From contig JAPZRO010000001.1 in the NCBI GenBank assembly GCA_027531395.1, positions 544,377 through 608,376 on the forward strand: DNA of 64,000 bases. The letters are read 5' to 3'. Origin of the DNA: Porphyrobacter sp. (lineage in GTDB: Bacteria; Pseudomonadota; Alphaproteobacteria; Sphingomonadales; Sphingomonadaceae). Below the pieces are notes generated by a model, which saw nothing but the letters and a program-made list of their open reading frames with translations, was not told where the DNA came from and searched no databases. The position numbers and the translations under genes are program-made. Shown here one piece after another: positions 56,352 through 64,000 of the stretch (position 1 is its first letter; each line of letters begins with the position of its first letter).

Positions 56352-57245
56352 GTGTCGTTCCAGCATGCCGCACGCAGCCTGACGGTGGTGCTGGTCGCCA
56401 GCATCATGGGGCTCGCCTTCGCATGGTTCGCCGGCAGTGGCTCAGTGCCGCTCGCCGGCCTGCCGGCGGTGTTCACCTGCGCGCTGATCGCCTTCGGCGT
56501 GAACTGGCTCGCCTTCATCCCGGCAGCGGCGTTCCAGTCCGACCGCCTCTACGACAGCACCGGCGCGCTGACCTATCTGTCGGTGATCGCGGCGGCTTCG
56601 GTGGCGGCGATCGAGGGACGCGGGAGCCTTGGCCCGGCCGCGCTCGCGGTCGCGGGGATGGTGGCGATCTGGACCGTGCGGCTCGGCTCGTTCCTGTTCA
56701 CCCGCATCCATGCCGCGGGCGGCACCGATGTGCGGTTCGAGAAGATCAAGGTGAACCCGCCGCGCTTTCTGGTCGCGTGGACCTTGCAGGCCTGCTGGGT
56801 GATCTTCACCGCCTCGGCCGCGCTGGTGATCATTACCGAGCCGTCTCCGAGGCCGCTTGATGCCTTCTTCTGGGCCGGGGCGGCGCTGTGGGTGATCGGG
56901 TTCGCCTTCGAGGTGATCGCCGATGATCAGAAGCGCCGGTTCAAGGCCGATCCGGCCAATCACGGCAAGTTCATCACCTCGGGCCTGTGGGCATGGTCGC
57001 AGCACCCCAACTACTTCGGCGAGATCACGCTGTGGGCCGGCATTCTGGTGATCGCCCTGCCGCAGCTTTGGGGCTGGAATTGGCTGGTGGTGTTCTCGCC
57101 CGTCTTCGTCGCGCTGCTGCTGACCCGGGTGAGCGGGATCAACCTGCTCGATGCCATCGCGAAGAAGCGCTGGGGCGATGATCCGGCGTGGCAGGCCTAC
57201 GTGGCCCGCACCTCGGTGCTCTTCCCCCGCCCGCCGCGCAGCTAA
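56352..57245 (+). CDS. DUF1295 (steroid 5-alpha-reductase/ICMT-like) membrane protein
   Basis: 297 aa. FEVIADDQKRRFK, LWAWSQHPNYFGE, polytopic. Confidence 0.8.
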   Translation: MSFQHAARSLTVVLVASIMGLAFAWFAGSGSVPLAGLPAVFTCALIAFGVNWLAFIPAAAFQSDRLYDSTGALTYLSVIAAASVAAIEGRGSLGPAALAVAGMVAIWTVRLGSFLFTRIHAAGGTDVRFEKIKVNPPRFLVAWTLQACWVIFTASAALVIITEPSPRPLDAFFWAGAALWVIGFAFEVIADDQKRRFKADPANHGKFITSGLWAWSQHPNYFGEITLWAGILVIALPQLWGWNWLVVFSPVFVALLLTRVSGINLLDAIAKKRWGDDPAWQAYVARTSVLFPRPPRS

Positions 57246-58105
57246 CCCTCGGCGCGCTTGCCGCGTTCGAGCAGCGGCATGAACGGGAACAGCCACTGCT
57301 CCCTGATCGACAGCCGCTTGCGGTCGTCCTGCCCCACCACCTCGCTCTCGCCCTCCTTGTAGGTGCCGAACACGCGGTCCCAGAAGATCACCGAGTTGCC
57401 GTAGTTGCAGCGCGTGTCCTCGTAGCTGAGCGCAGTGTGGTGCAGGCTGTGGTTGCGGATGGTGGTGAAGAAGTAGCCGTACCAGATCGGCGGATCAGCC
57501 TTGACGTTGGCATGGGCATAGGTGGCGATCACACCGCCCGCGGTGATCGCGGCGAACAGCGCGTTGAGATCGACGTCGAGCAGCGCGTTCACCCCGATGC
57601 TGATCAGGAACAGCTCGATCGGATTGCCGATGAAGCCCTTCATCGCATTGAGCTGCGTCACGTGATGGTGCGGCGCGTGGGTCAGCCACAGCGGATGCCA
57701 GTTATGCATCGCGCGGTGCATCCAGTACTGCCCGAACTCGAACAGGAACAGCACCACCATCACCTGCACGAGGAAGGGGCTGGCGGCGAGCCACGGGGTG
57801 GCGATGCCGAGGCTGTCCTTGAGCTGGCCGAGCGGGCCGTGGATCAGCGTATCCGAGAAGAACCCGATCACCCCGTAGCCGAAGGCGACGTAGAACACGT
57901 CGGTGGCAAGCTCCTTGCCATTGATGCGCCAGCCTTCGTGCCGCTCGAACACCAGCTCCAGCAGCTGCACGAAGGCGATCACGCCCAGCCCGACGATCAT
58001 GATCGTCCACGGCGCCTCGACCCATGACTGCGGCGCGAGGCCCCAGAAGGCGATCACGGCAGCCAGCGTGGCGGGCGGCAGCAGATTGACGAGCGACTGT
58101 TTCAC
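57242..58105 (-). CDS. sterol desaturase / fatty-acid hydroxylase superfamily protein
   Basis: 287 aa. Histidine boxes HRAMH, HAPHHH and HSLHH. GTG start after GAGGAAA. Confidence 0.85.
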   Translation of the reverse strand: MKQSLVNLLPPATLAAVIAFWGLAPQSWVEAPWTIMIVGLGVIAFVQLLELVFERHEGWRINGKELATDVFYVAFGYGVIGFFSDTLIHGPLGQLKDSLGIATPWLAASPFLVQVMVVLFLFEFGQYWMHRAMHNWHPLWLTHAPHHHVTQLNAMKGFIGNPIELFLISIGVNALLDVDLNALFAAITAGGVIATYAHANVKADPPIWYGYFFTTIRNHSLHHTALSYEDTRCNYGNSVIFWDRVFGTYKEGESEVVGQDDRKRLSIREQWLFPFMPLLERGKRAEG

Positions 58106-58271
58106 CGGACGTTTCCTCGCAAATGGCGCGCGGCCAGCCTTAGGAGTGCGATCCGGAAGCCAGAATACGCCATCTTGCCCAGTCCGTCGAGGCGGTCCGC
58201 AAACGCCCCTCCGCCACCGCCGCTTCGTTCAGCTTCACGCCTGTAGGAGACACAGGAGACACTGTCCTGAA

Positions 58272-58320
58272 GCGAAAAACACGAGCCCGCCGCAGCACCG
58301 CCCGGCGGGCTGGTTTTCAC
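58272..58320. terminator. bidirectional intrinsic terminator inside a 384-bp intergenic region
   Basis: AGCCCGCCG (58284-58292) pairs with CGGCGGGCT (58303-58311). GGTTTTCA follows on the plus strand, and CGTGTTTTTCG follows on the minus strand. Confidence 0.55.
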
Positions 58321-58391
58321 AAGACGAGAGCGCGGATCGATCATGCCCGCACTCTGCCGCGACACGGCGAGGTAGGAAAGCACCCTTGCGG

Positions 58392-58430
58392 CAAACGAAA
58401 ACGGCGCGGGAAGTTGCCCTCCCGCGCCGC
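58392..58430 (-). terminator. Rho-independent terminator of the MaoC-thiolase operon
   Basis: On the minus strand: GGCGCGGGA gggcaact TCCCGCGCC, followed by GTTTTCGTTT, about 60 nt after the thiolase stop. Confidence 0.75.
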
Positions 58431-58489
58431 CTGATTGTTTAATCCCCTCCGGCCTCAAGTAGCGTCAGCGGTAGGCCGCAAAAGACTCA

Positions 58490-59671
58490 TCAGAACACCT
58501 CGAACACGCCCGCAGCGCCCATGCCGCCGCCGACGCACATGGTGACCACGACATACTTCGCCCCGCGGCGCTTGCCTTCGATCAGCGCGTGGCCGGTGCA
58601 GCGCGCGCCGGTCATGCCGTAGGGGTGGCCGATCGAGATCGAGCCGCCGTTGACGTTGAGGATGTCGTTGGGGATGCCCAGCGTGTCGCGGCAGTAGAGC
58701 ACCTGCACCGCGAAGGCCTCGTTCAGCTCCCACAGCCCGATGTCGTCCATCTTGAGGCCGGTCTGCTTGAGCAGCTTCGGGATCGCAAACACAGGCCCGA
58801 TGCCCATCTCGTCAGGCTCGGTGCCGGCCACCGCCATGCCGACATAGCGGCCGAGCGGCTGGAGTCCGCGCTGTTCGGCGAGCTTGGCTTCCATCAGCAC
58901 CGCGGCCGAGGAACCGTCCGAGAGCTGCGAGGCGTTGCCGGCGGTGATGTTCATGCCCGGGCCCATCACCGGCTGGAGCGCCTGCAAGCCCTCGAGCGTG
59001 GTTTCGGGGCGGTTGCCTTCGTCCTTGGTGAGGGTCACCTCGACTTCGCTGACTTCGCCGGTCGCCTTGTCCTTCACCTGCATGGTGGCGGTGACGGGGA
59101 CGATCTCGTCGTCGAACTTGCCTGCGGCCTGCGCGGCGGCAGTGCGCATCTGCGACTGGTAGGCGTATTCGTCCTGCGCCTCGCGGCTGACATTGTAGCG
59201 CTTGGCGACGGTCTCCGCCGTGCCGAGCATCGGCATATAGACGTCCTTGTGCATCGCGATCAGCGAGCGGTCGGGCGCAACGCGCATCTCGGGGGTCTGC
59301 ACCATCGAGATCGAATCCTGGCCGCCGCCGACGACGATATCCATGTTGTCGACGATGATCTGCTTGGCCGCGGTGGCGATCGCCATCAGGCCCGAGGAGC
59401 ACTGGCGGTCGATGGTCTGGGCCGAGACGCCCACCGGGCAACCGGCGCGCAGCGCGACCTGGCGGGCGATGTTGCCCGACTGGGTGCCCTGAGTGAGCAC
59501 CGCGCCCCACACCACGTCGTCGATCTGGCCGGCTTCGATCCCGGCGCGCTCGATCGCGGGGGCAAGGCTCAGCGCACCGAGGGTGGCACCGGGGGTGGCA
59601 TTGAAAGCGCCCTTGTAGGCGCGCCCGATCGGCGTGCGGGCGGTGGAGACGATAACGGCGTCACGTGCCAT
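58490..59671 (-). CDS. acetyl-CoA C-acetyltransferase (thiolase II)
   Basis: 393 aa. [25 protein letters not shown] and CVGGGMG. Confidence 0.93.
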   Translation of the reverse strand: MARDAVIVSTARTPIGRAYKGAFNATPGATLGALSLAPAIERAGIEAGQIDDVVWGAVLTQGTQSGNIARQVALRAGCPVGVSAQTIDRQCSSGLMAIATAAKQIIVDNMDIVVGGGQDSISMVQTPEMRVAPDRSLIAMHKDVYMPMLGTAETVAKRYNVSREAQDEYAYQSQMRTAAAQAAGKFDDEIVPVTATMQVKDKATGEVSEVEVTLTKDEGNRPETTLEGLQALQPVMGPGMNITAGNASQLSDGSSAAVLMEAKLAEQRGLQPLGRYVGMAVAGTEPDEMGIGPVFAIPKLLKQTGLKMDDIGLWELNEAFAVQVLYCRDTLGIPNDILNVNGGSISIGHPYGMTGARCTGHALIEGKRRGAKYVVVTMCVGGGMGAAGVFEVF

Positions 59672-59745
59672 GTTGGGGGGTATCCTTGATTATGTTGTTG
59701 TCCTGCGACCGTCACCCGCCGCAGGGGCGTGCGACGGTCAAAGGG

Positions 59746-60195
59746 TCAGACGAAGAACATCGTCATCCATTCGCAGATAAGGGCGGGCTTGTCCTCGCCT
59801 TCGATCTCGATGGTGATCTCGACGGTCTGCTGCCACTGGCCGGGGCGCTTCTCGGCCATTTCGAGCAGCTTCCACTGGCCGCGGATGCGCTTGCCCGAGC
59901 GGACGGGGGCGATGAAGCGGGTCTTGTTGCCGCCGTAGTTGACGGCCATCTTGATCCCGTCGACGCGCGGCATGTCGCTGTTGGCCGAGAGGTAGGGGAT
60001 CATCGAGAGCGTCAGGAAGCCGTGGGCGATGGTCCCGCCGAACGGGGTCATCTTGGCCATCTCTTCGTTGACGTGGATGAACTGGTGGTCACCGGTCGCC
60101 TCGGCGAACTGGTTGATGCGCTCCTGGCTCATCTCGACCCATTCGCTGGTGGCGAAATGCTCACCGACCTTGGCGGCGATCTCTTGCGGATTCAT
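59746..60195 (-). CDS. MaoC-family (R)-specific enoyl-CoA hydratase/dehydratase
   Basis: 149 aa. FAEATGDHQFIHV...GGTIAHGFLTLS hot-dog motif. Confidence 0.88.
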   Translation of the reverse strand: MNPQEIAAKVGEHFATSEWVEMSQERINQFAEATGDHQFIHVNEEMAKMTPFGGTIAHGFLTLSMIPYLSANSDMPRVDGIKMAVNYGGNKTRFIAPVRSGKRIRGQWKLLEMAEKRPGQWQQTVEITIEIEGEDKPALICEWMTMFFV

Positions 60196-60295
60196 GGGGC
60201 TCCTCCTCGTGCTGTGACGGCGAGATCCCGTGCCCGCCGCGCTCGTTTTGCGGGGGCTTCATGGCGCAACAACAGGGGCAGCGCAACACACTCGG

Positions 60296-61678
60296 CTATG
60301 CCGCTACGGCACCGCGGAGCTTGTCGTCGATCGCCGCGCGCCGCTGCTCGCTGCGCTGGTGCAGGGCGCGGGCCGAATCGATCCGCGCACAATAGGTGTT
60401 GAGCCCGATCTGCAGGCCCACCAGCATCAGCATCACCGGCTGGTAGCCGATCCCCTGGAAGGTCGCCCCGACGAGATAGACCAGCGCGCCCATCTGCAAG
60501 GCGGCGGCGAAGGGCGCGATCCACGCCTCCTCCTCGGCCTCGACGCCCTTCCAGCGGCGATAGATGCGCTCCATCTGCCACAGGCCCAGCGCGTGCAGCG
60601 TCAGCCAGATCGCCAGCCCCGGCCAGCCCTGTTCGCCCAGCAACTCGAAGAACGAGGAGTGGAAGGCGCGGCCCTTGTCCTCGACCGGCTGGTAGGTGAC
60701 CGTGGTGGTGTTCCCGTCGACCTGCTTGACCGGCATCACATAGGTGAAGCTGTTGGAGCGATAGGCATCGAACCCGCCGCCGAAGGGCTTTTCGGCGACG
60801 TAATCGAGCGTCCATTGCCACACCGCCACGCGGGTCGATGCGCTTTCGTCACCGCCCGGCTCGGCCAGCGTCGCCATGCGCTCGTAATAGGACTGCGGCA
60901 GGAAGGGCAGCGCCGAGAGGCCAAGCACGCCCGCCCCCATGATGAACAGCAGCCGGCGCTTGGTGTAGCGCAGCAGCAGGATGCCGAGCGCGGCGATGCA
61001 GAGCAGGCCGGTGCGCGCCTCGGTGCCGATGGGGACGAGCAGGCAGGCGAAGGTCAGCGCCACCGCGAAGCCGGTCACCATCCAGTGCGGGCGGAACACC
61101 GTGCCGTGGCGGGTGAACCACCAGATCATCGGAATGAGGCCGATCGCCACCGTCGCCAGCGTCGAGCTTTCATAGACCCCGCTGTTGTCGTTCACGAAGA
61201 ACTTGAGGTTCTGGTAGCCCCCGCCGCCGAGGATCGTCTTCATCCCCGTCCCGATCACGATGGTGGCGATGGTCAGCACCAGCATCAGCGCCAGCGCCTC
61301 GATGCGGGCGCGGGTGGTGAGGGTGAAGGGCAGGAAGATCGCGAACAGCAGCGCCTTCCACACCCAGTCCCACTTGGTCTCGGCATCGAGCGGGAAATCG
61401 GCGTGGCCGGTGGTCCACCAGCAATAGAGCAGCAGGGCCAGCATCAGCCCCTGCCGGACCGAGAACCGCCCGCCCTCCTTGCGGTCGAGCACCAGCCAGC
61501 CGCCGAAGGCCGCGGCAAAGGCGATCAGCGAGACCGGCAGGCTGGCGATGATCGAATAGCCGATCCGCTGCGGCGCGAGGATGTCGATATAGACATAGAG
61601 CAGCACCCACAGGAACGGGCGCTTCAGCCCGAGCAGCAGGATGTAGCCAATGAAGGCGAGGAAGACGAGATCGAGCAT
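60296..61678 (-). CDS. O-antigen-ligase-like membrane protein, exosortase-A-system-associated type
   Basis: 460 aa, about 10 TM helices. The N-terminal GLKRPFLWVLLYVYIDILAPQRIGY resembles the putative O-glycosylation ligase family found in PEP-CTERM/exosortase A loci. Large periplasmic loop. Confidence 0.78.
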   Translation of the reverse strand: MLDLVFLAFIGYILLLGLKRPFLWVLLYVYIDILAPQRIGYSIIASLPVSLIAFAAAFGGWLVLDRKEGGRFSVRQGLMLALLLYCWWTTGHADFPLDAETKWDWVWKALLFAIFLPFTLTTRARIEALALMLVLTIATIVIGTGMKTILGGGGYQNLKFFVNDNSGVYESSTLATVAIGLIPMIWWFTRHGTVFRPHWMVTGFAVALTFACLLVPIGTEARTGLLCIAALGILLLRYTKRRLLFIMGAGVLGLSALPFLPQSYYERMATLAEPGGDESASTRVAVWQWTLDYVAEKPFGGGFDAYRSNSFTYVMPVKQVDGNTTTVTYQPVEDKGRAFHSSFFELLGEQGWPGLAIWLTLHALGLWQMERIYRRWKGVEAEEEAWIAPFAAALQMGALVYLVGATFQGIGYQPVMLMLVGLQIGLNTYCARIDSARALHQRSEQRRAAIDDKLRGAVAA

Positions 61679-61681
61679 GGC

Positions 61682-61891
61682 TCAATCGTCTCCGCTGCTC
61701 TCTGGCGCGGTGCCGCGCGCCCGCCTTGCCGCATTGCGGCCGGCGGTGCTCGCCGCCATGCGGTTGTCGGCGGTGTCCTTCTTGAGCTGCCCGATCAGCG
61801 GATCGGCATCGAGATCGGCGCGCAGCACCAGACGCAGCAGCGCGATGGCCATCAGGCCATGGCCGAGCGCGAGCGCGAAATAGTCGATCAT
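61682..61891 (-). CDS. hypothetical small membrane protein (69 aa)
   Basis: One hydrophobic helix (FALALGHGLMAIALLRLVL) plus a basic tail. High GC3. Its stop is 3 nt before the ligase-like gene start. Confidence 0.35.
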   Translation of the reverse strand: MIDYFALALGHGLMAIALLRLVLRADLDADPLIGQLKKDTADNRMAASTAGRNAARRARGTAPESSGDD

Positions 61892-61979
61892 CGAATGCTG
61901 CTCCTGACGGGCGGACCAGCAGCTTTACCCCCACCCGGTTGACGCGGCGTTAAGCACACCCGCGCTAGGGCACCCACCC

Positions 61980-63212
61980 ATGACCCGCGTGCTCCATGTT
62001 CTCGACCATTCGCTGCCGCTGCACTCCGGCTACACCTTCCGCACCCGCGCGATCCTCAAGGCGCAAGCGGGCCACGGGCTGGAGGTGCGCGGGATCACCG
62101 GGCAGCGCCACAATCTGGAGGCGCCCGGCGGCCCCTCGCCCGAGGAGGCCGACGGCCTTACCTTCCACCGCACCCCCGGCCTCCCCGAAGGCCCGCCCGC
62201 CTTGCGCGAACTGGGCGAGATCGAGGCGCTCGACGCGGCGATCCACGCGCTCGCGCAGGAGTGGCGGCCCGACATCATCCACGCCCATTCACCCGCCCTG
62301 TGCGGCGCCGCCGCCAGCCGCGCGGCGCGCGCGCTGGACATCCCCTTCGTCTACGAGATCCGCGCCTTCTGGGAGGACGCGGCGGTCGGCAACCTGTCGG
62401 GCACCGAGGGCAACCTCAAATACCGCCTCACCCGCGCGCTTGAGACGCGGGTGGTGAAGCAGGCCGACGCGGTGTTCACCATCTGCCACGGGCTCAAGGA
62501 CGATCTCGTCGCGCGCGGCATCCCTGCCGAACGCATCGCGATCATGCCCAACGGGGTCGATCTGGAGCTGTTCGGTGAGCCGGTGAGCCGCGACGAGAAC
62601 CTCGCGCGCGACCTCGGCCTCGCCCCGCACGCGCCGGTGATCGGCTATATCGGCAGCTTCTACGCCTATGAGGGCGTCGATGATCTGATCGCCGCCATGC
62701 CGCTGCTCAGGCGAACGCACCCGGGCGCGCGGCTGCTGCTGGTCGGCGCGGGGTCGATGGACGCCGCCTGGCGCGCCGCGGCCGCCGCCCTACCCGAGCC
62801 CGATGCGGTGATCTTCACCGGCCGCGTGCCGCACACCGAGGTCGAACGCTACTATTCGCTCGTCGACGTGCTCGCCTATCCCAGGAAGGCCCAGCGCCTG
62901 ACCGATCTGGTGACGCCGCTGAAACCGCTCGAAGCCATGGCGCAGCGTCGCCTCGTGGCCGCATCGAGCGTTGGCGGGCACCGCGAGTTGATCACCGACG
63001 GCGACACCGGCACGCTGTTCGCGCCCGACGATCCCGCCGCCTGCGCCGCAGCCCTCGCCCGGCTGATCGATGCGCGTGAGCAGTGGGAAGCAATCAAGGA
63101 CCGCGCCGTCACCCACGTCCGCACCCGCCACGACTGGGCGGCGAATGCGCGTGATTATCTGTCTGTTTACCATCTCTTGCTAGCCCGCAGCGAGCGACGC
63201 AAGGCAGGGTGA
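61980..63212 (+). CDS. GT4 glycosyltransferase, PEP-CTERM/exosortase-A-associated type
   Basis: 410 aa. The N-terminus VLHVLDHSLPLHSGYTFRTRAILKAQ matches, from memory, the exosortase-A-associated glycosyltransferase family. C-terminal GT4 core (PLKPLEAMA). Confidence 0.85.
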   Translation: MTRVLHVLDHSLPLHSGYTFRTRAILKAQAGHGLEVRGITGQRHNLEAPGGPSPEEADGLTFHRTPGLPEGPPALRELGEIEALDAAIHALAQEWRPDIIHAHSPALCGAAASRAARALDIPFVYEIRAFWEDAAVGNLSGTEGNLKYRLTRALETRVVKQADAVFTICHGLKDDLVARGIPAERIAIMPNGVDLELFGEPVSRDENLARDLGLAPHAPVIGYIGSFYAYEGVDDLIAAMPLLRRTHPGARLLLVGAGSMDAAWRAAAAALPEPDAVIFTGRVPHTEVERYYSLVDVLAYPRKAQRLTDLVTPLKPLEAMAQRRLVAASSVGGHRELITDGDTGTLFAPDDPAACAAALARLIDAREQWEAIKDRAVTHVRTRHDWAANARDYLSVYHLLLARSERRKAG

Positions 63213-63220
63213 CAAGGCGC

Positions 63221-64000
63221 ATGGGACGCAAGCGAGACAAACGGGCGAAGAACAAAGGCGGCAGCAAGCCGACGCGCCGACCGCTGGCGTTGCATCGGCT
63301 GTTCGGCTTCGTGCTGGGCCTGTGGGGCGCTGCGCTCGGCGGTCTGGTGACGCTGGTGCTGCCGCGCGATCTCGTGCTTGAAGTCGCCGCAAACGCCGGT
63401 CTGGCAGGCATCGGCGCCAATGCGCCCTTCGTGATCGCCGCGATCGCCGCGTTGGTGCTGGGCGCGGTGATGTTCGCCATCGCCGGCCTGATCACCCGCG
63501 CAGCAAGCAAGGCGCGTCGCCCGAAGGACACGCCTTCGCTGGCAGCGCTGGCGGTGCGCCGTGTGCAGACCATCGATCCGGCCAGCGAGCTTGGCAGCCG
63601 CCGCCTCGATGATCCGATCGAGGTCATGCCCTTTGCCGGCCTGAAGCCCGAATTCGAAGCCGAGGACGAGGCCGAGGACGAGGTCGAGGCCGAAGTGGCC
63701 CAAGCCGCGCCGCCGCCGCTCGAGCTTGATCTCGAGGAATTCGGCGCCCTTCCGGGACGCAACGCCGTTTGGGTGGAAGCCGACAGCATCCTCGGAGCCA
63801 GCCCCGCGCCTGAGGCTCCTGCCTTTGCTCCAGCCCTTACGCTGCCGGTGGACGAGGCTGAGCTTCCCGAAACCCCTGCCGAAGCCGCGCCGGAGCCGGT
63901 GCTGCAAGCCGTCGCCCCTGCGCCGCGCCCGCTCAGCCCGAGCGCGATCGAGCGCCTGCGCGCAGTGCCGACCAGCGAGCTCAGCCTCGTGCAGATGGTC
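63221..64000 (+). CDS. hypothetical membrane protein with acidic/Pro-rich region; runs off the right edge
   Basis: Not in track (no stop). ATG 63221 is 8 nt after the GT stop. 260 codons are open to the edge. Basic N-terminus (MGRKRDKRAKNKGGSKPTRRP), two TM helices, then an EAEDEAEDEVEAE and P/A/E-rich segment. High GC3. Confidence 0.5.
   Translation, partial: MGRKRDKRAKNKGGSKPTRRPLALHRLFGFVLGLWGAALGGLVTLVLPRDLVLEVAANAGLAGIGANAPFVIAAIAALVLGAVMFAIAGLITRAASKARRPKDTPSLAALAVRRVQTIDPASELGSRRLDDPIEVMPFAGLKPEFEAEDEAEDEVEAEVAQAAPPPLELDLEEFGALPGRNAVWVEADSILGASPAPEAPAFAPALTLPVDEAELPETPAEAAPEPVLQAVAPAPRPLSPSAIERLRAVPTSELSLVQMV

Noticed and set aside
60230-61942. 570-aa plus-strand ORF
   Set aside because: It is antisense to the O-antigen-ligase-like polytopic membrane protein and is R/G/Q/H-rich with no hydrophobic helices.

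Overview
This is a high-GC window with strong G/C third-position bias. It reads as ordinary core chromosome of a Sphingomonadales/Erythrobacteraceae-like alphaproteobacterium. That placement is an inference from gene content: an lgt-glnD-ftsK-lolA housekeeping backbone, two TonB-dependent receptors, a PHA depolymerase and exosortase-A-type EPS genes. I can support about 58 protein-coding genes. rpmG, two small ORFs and the two partial edge genes are absent from the ORF track. I see no rRNA, tRNA, CRISPR array, transposase, integrase or recognisable defence gene. Many of the longest track ORFs are antisense or read-through artefacts of the GC content and were discarded, and many real genes needed their starts trimmed. 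Six things are worth a second look. (1) A tightly coupled OMP + 7TM + RimK-related ATP-grasp cassette (13.3-16.1 kb) is a stripped-down variant of a computationally predicted but experimentally uncharacterised amidoligase system; its 7TM gene has a basic-repeat tail overlapping the ligase gene. (2) A ~165-nt structured intergenic transcript candidate (34.6-34.8 kb) has an EcfG-type promoter, a C-rich loop and a canonical terminator; a second EcfG-type promoter sits at a glsB/yeaQ-like gene. (3) A stand-alone FtsK-gamma-domain mini-gene lies directly upstream of ftsK. (4) A ~100-bp MITE/REP-like palindromic element occurs twice, each time just 3' of a peptidase gene; an M13 peptidase that looks frameshifted about 6 codons before its conserved ...RVRIW end reads into one copy. 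(5) A near-consensus Pho box precedes an orphan pstS followed by a DUF2157/GDYXXLXY membrane pair. (6) A 27-33 bp GC hairpin carrying G-quadruplex motifs sits between convergent genes. All family assignments are by eye from motifs and none has been verified by a database search.
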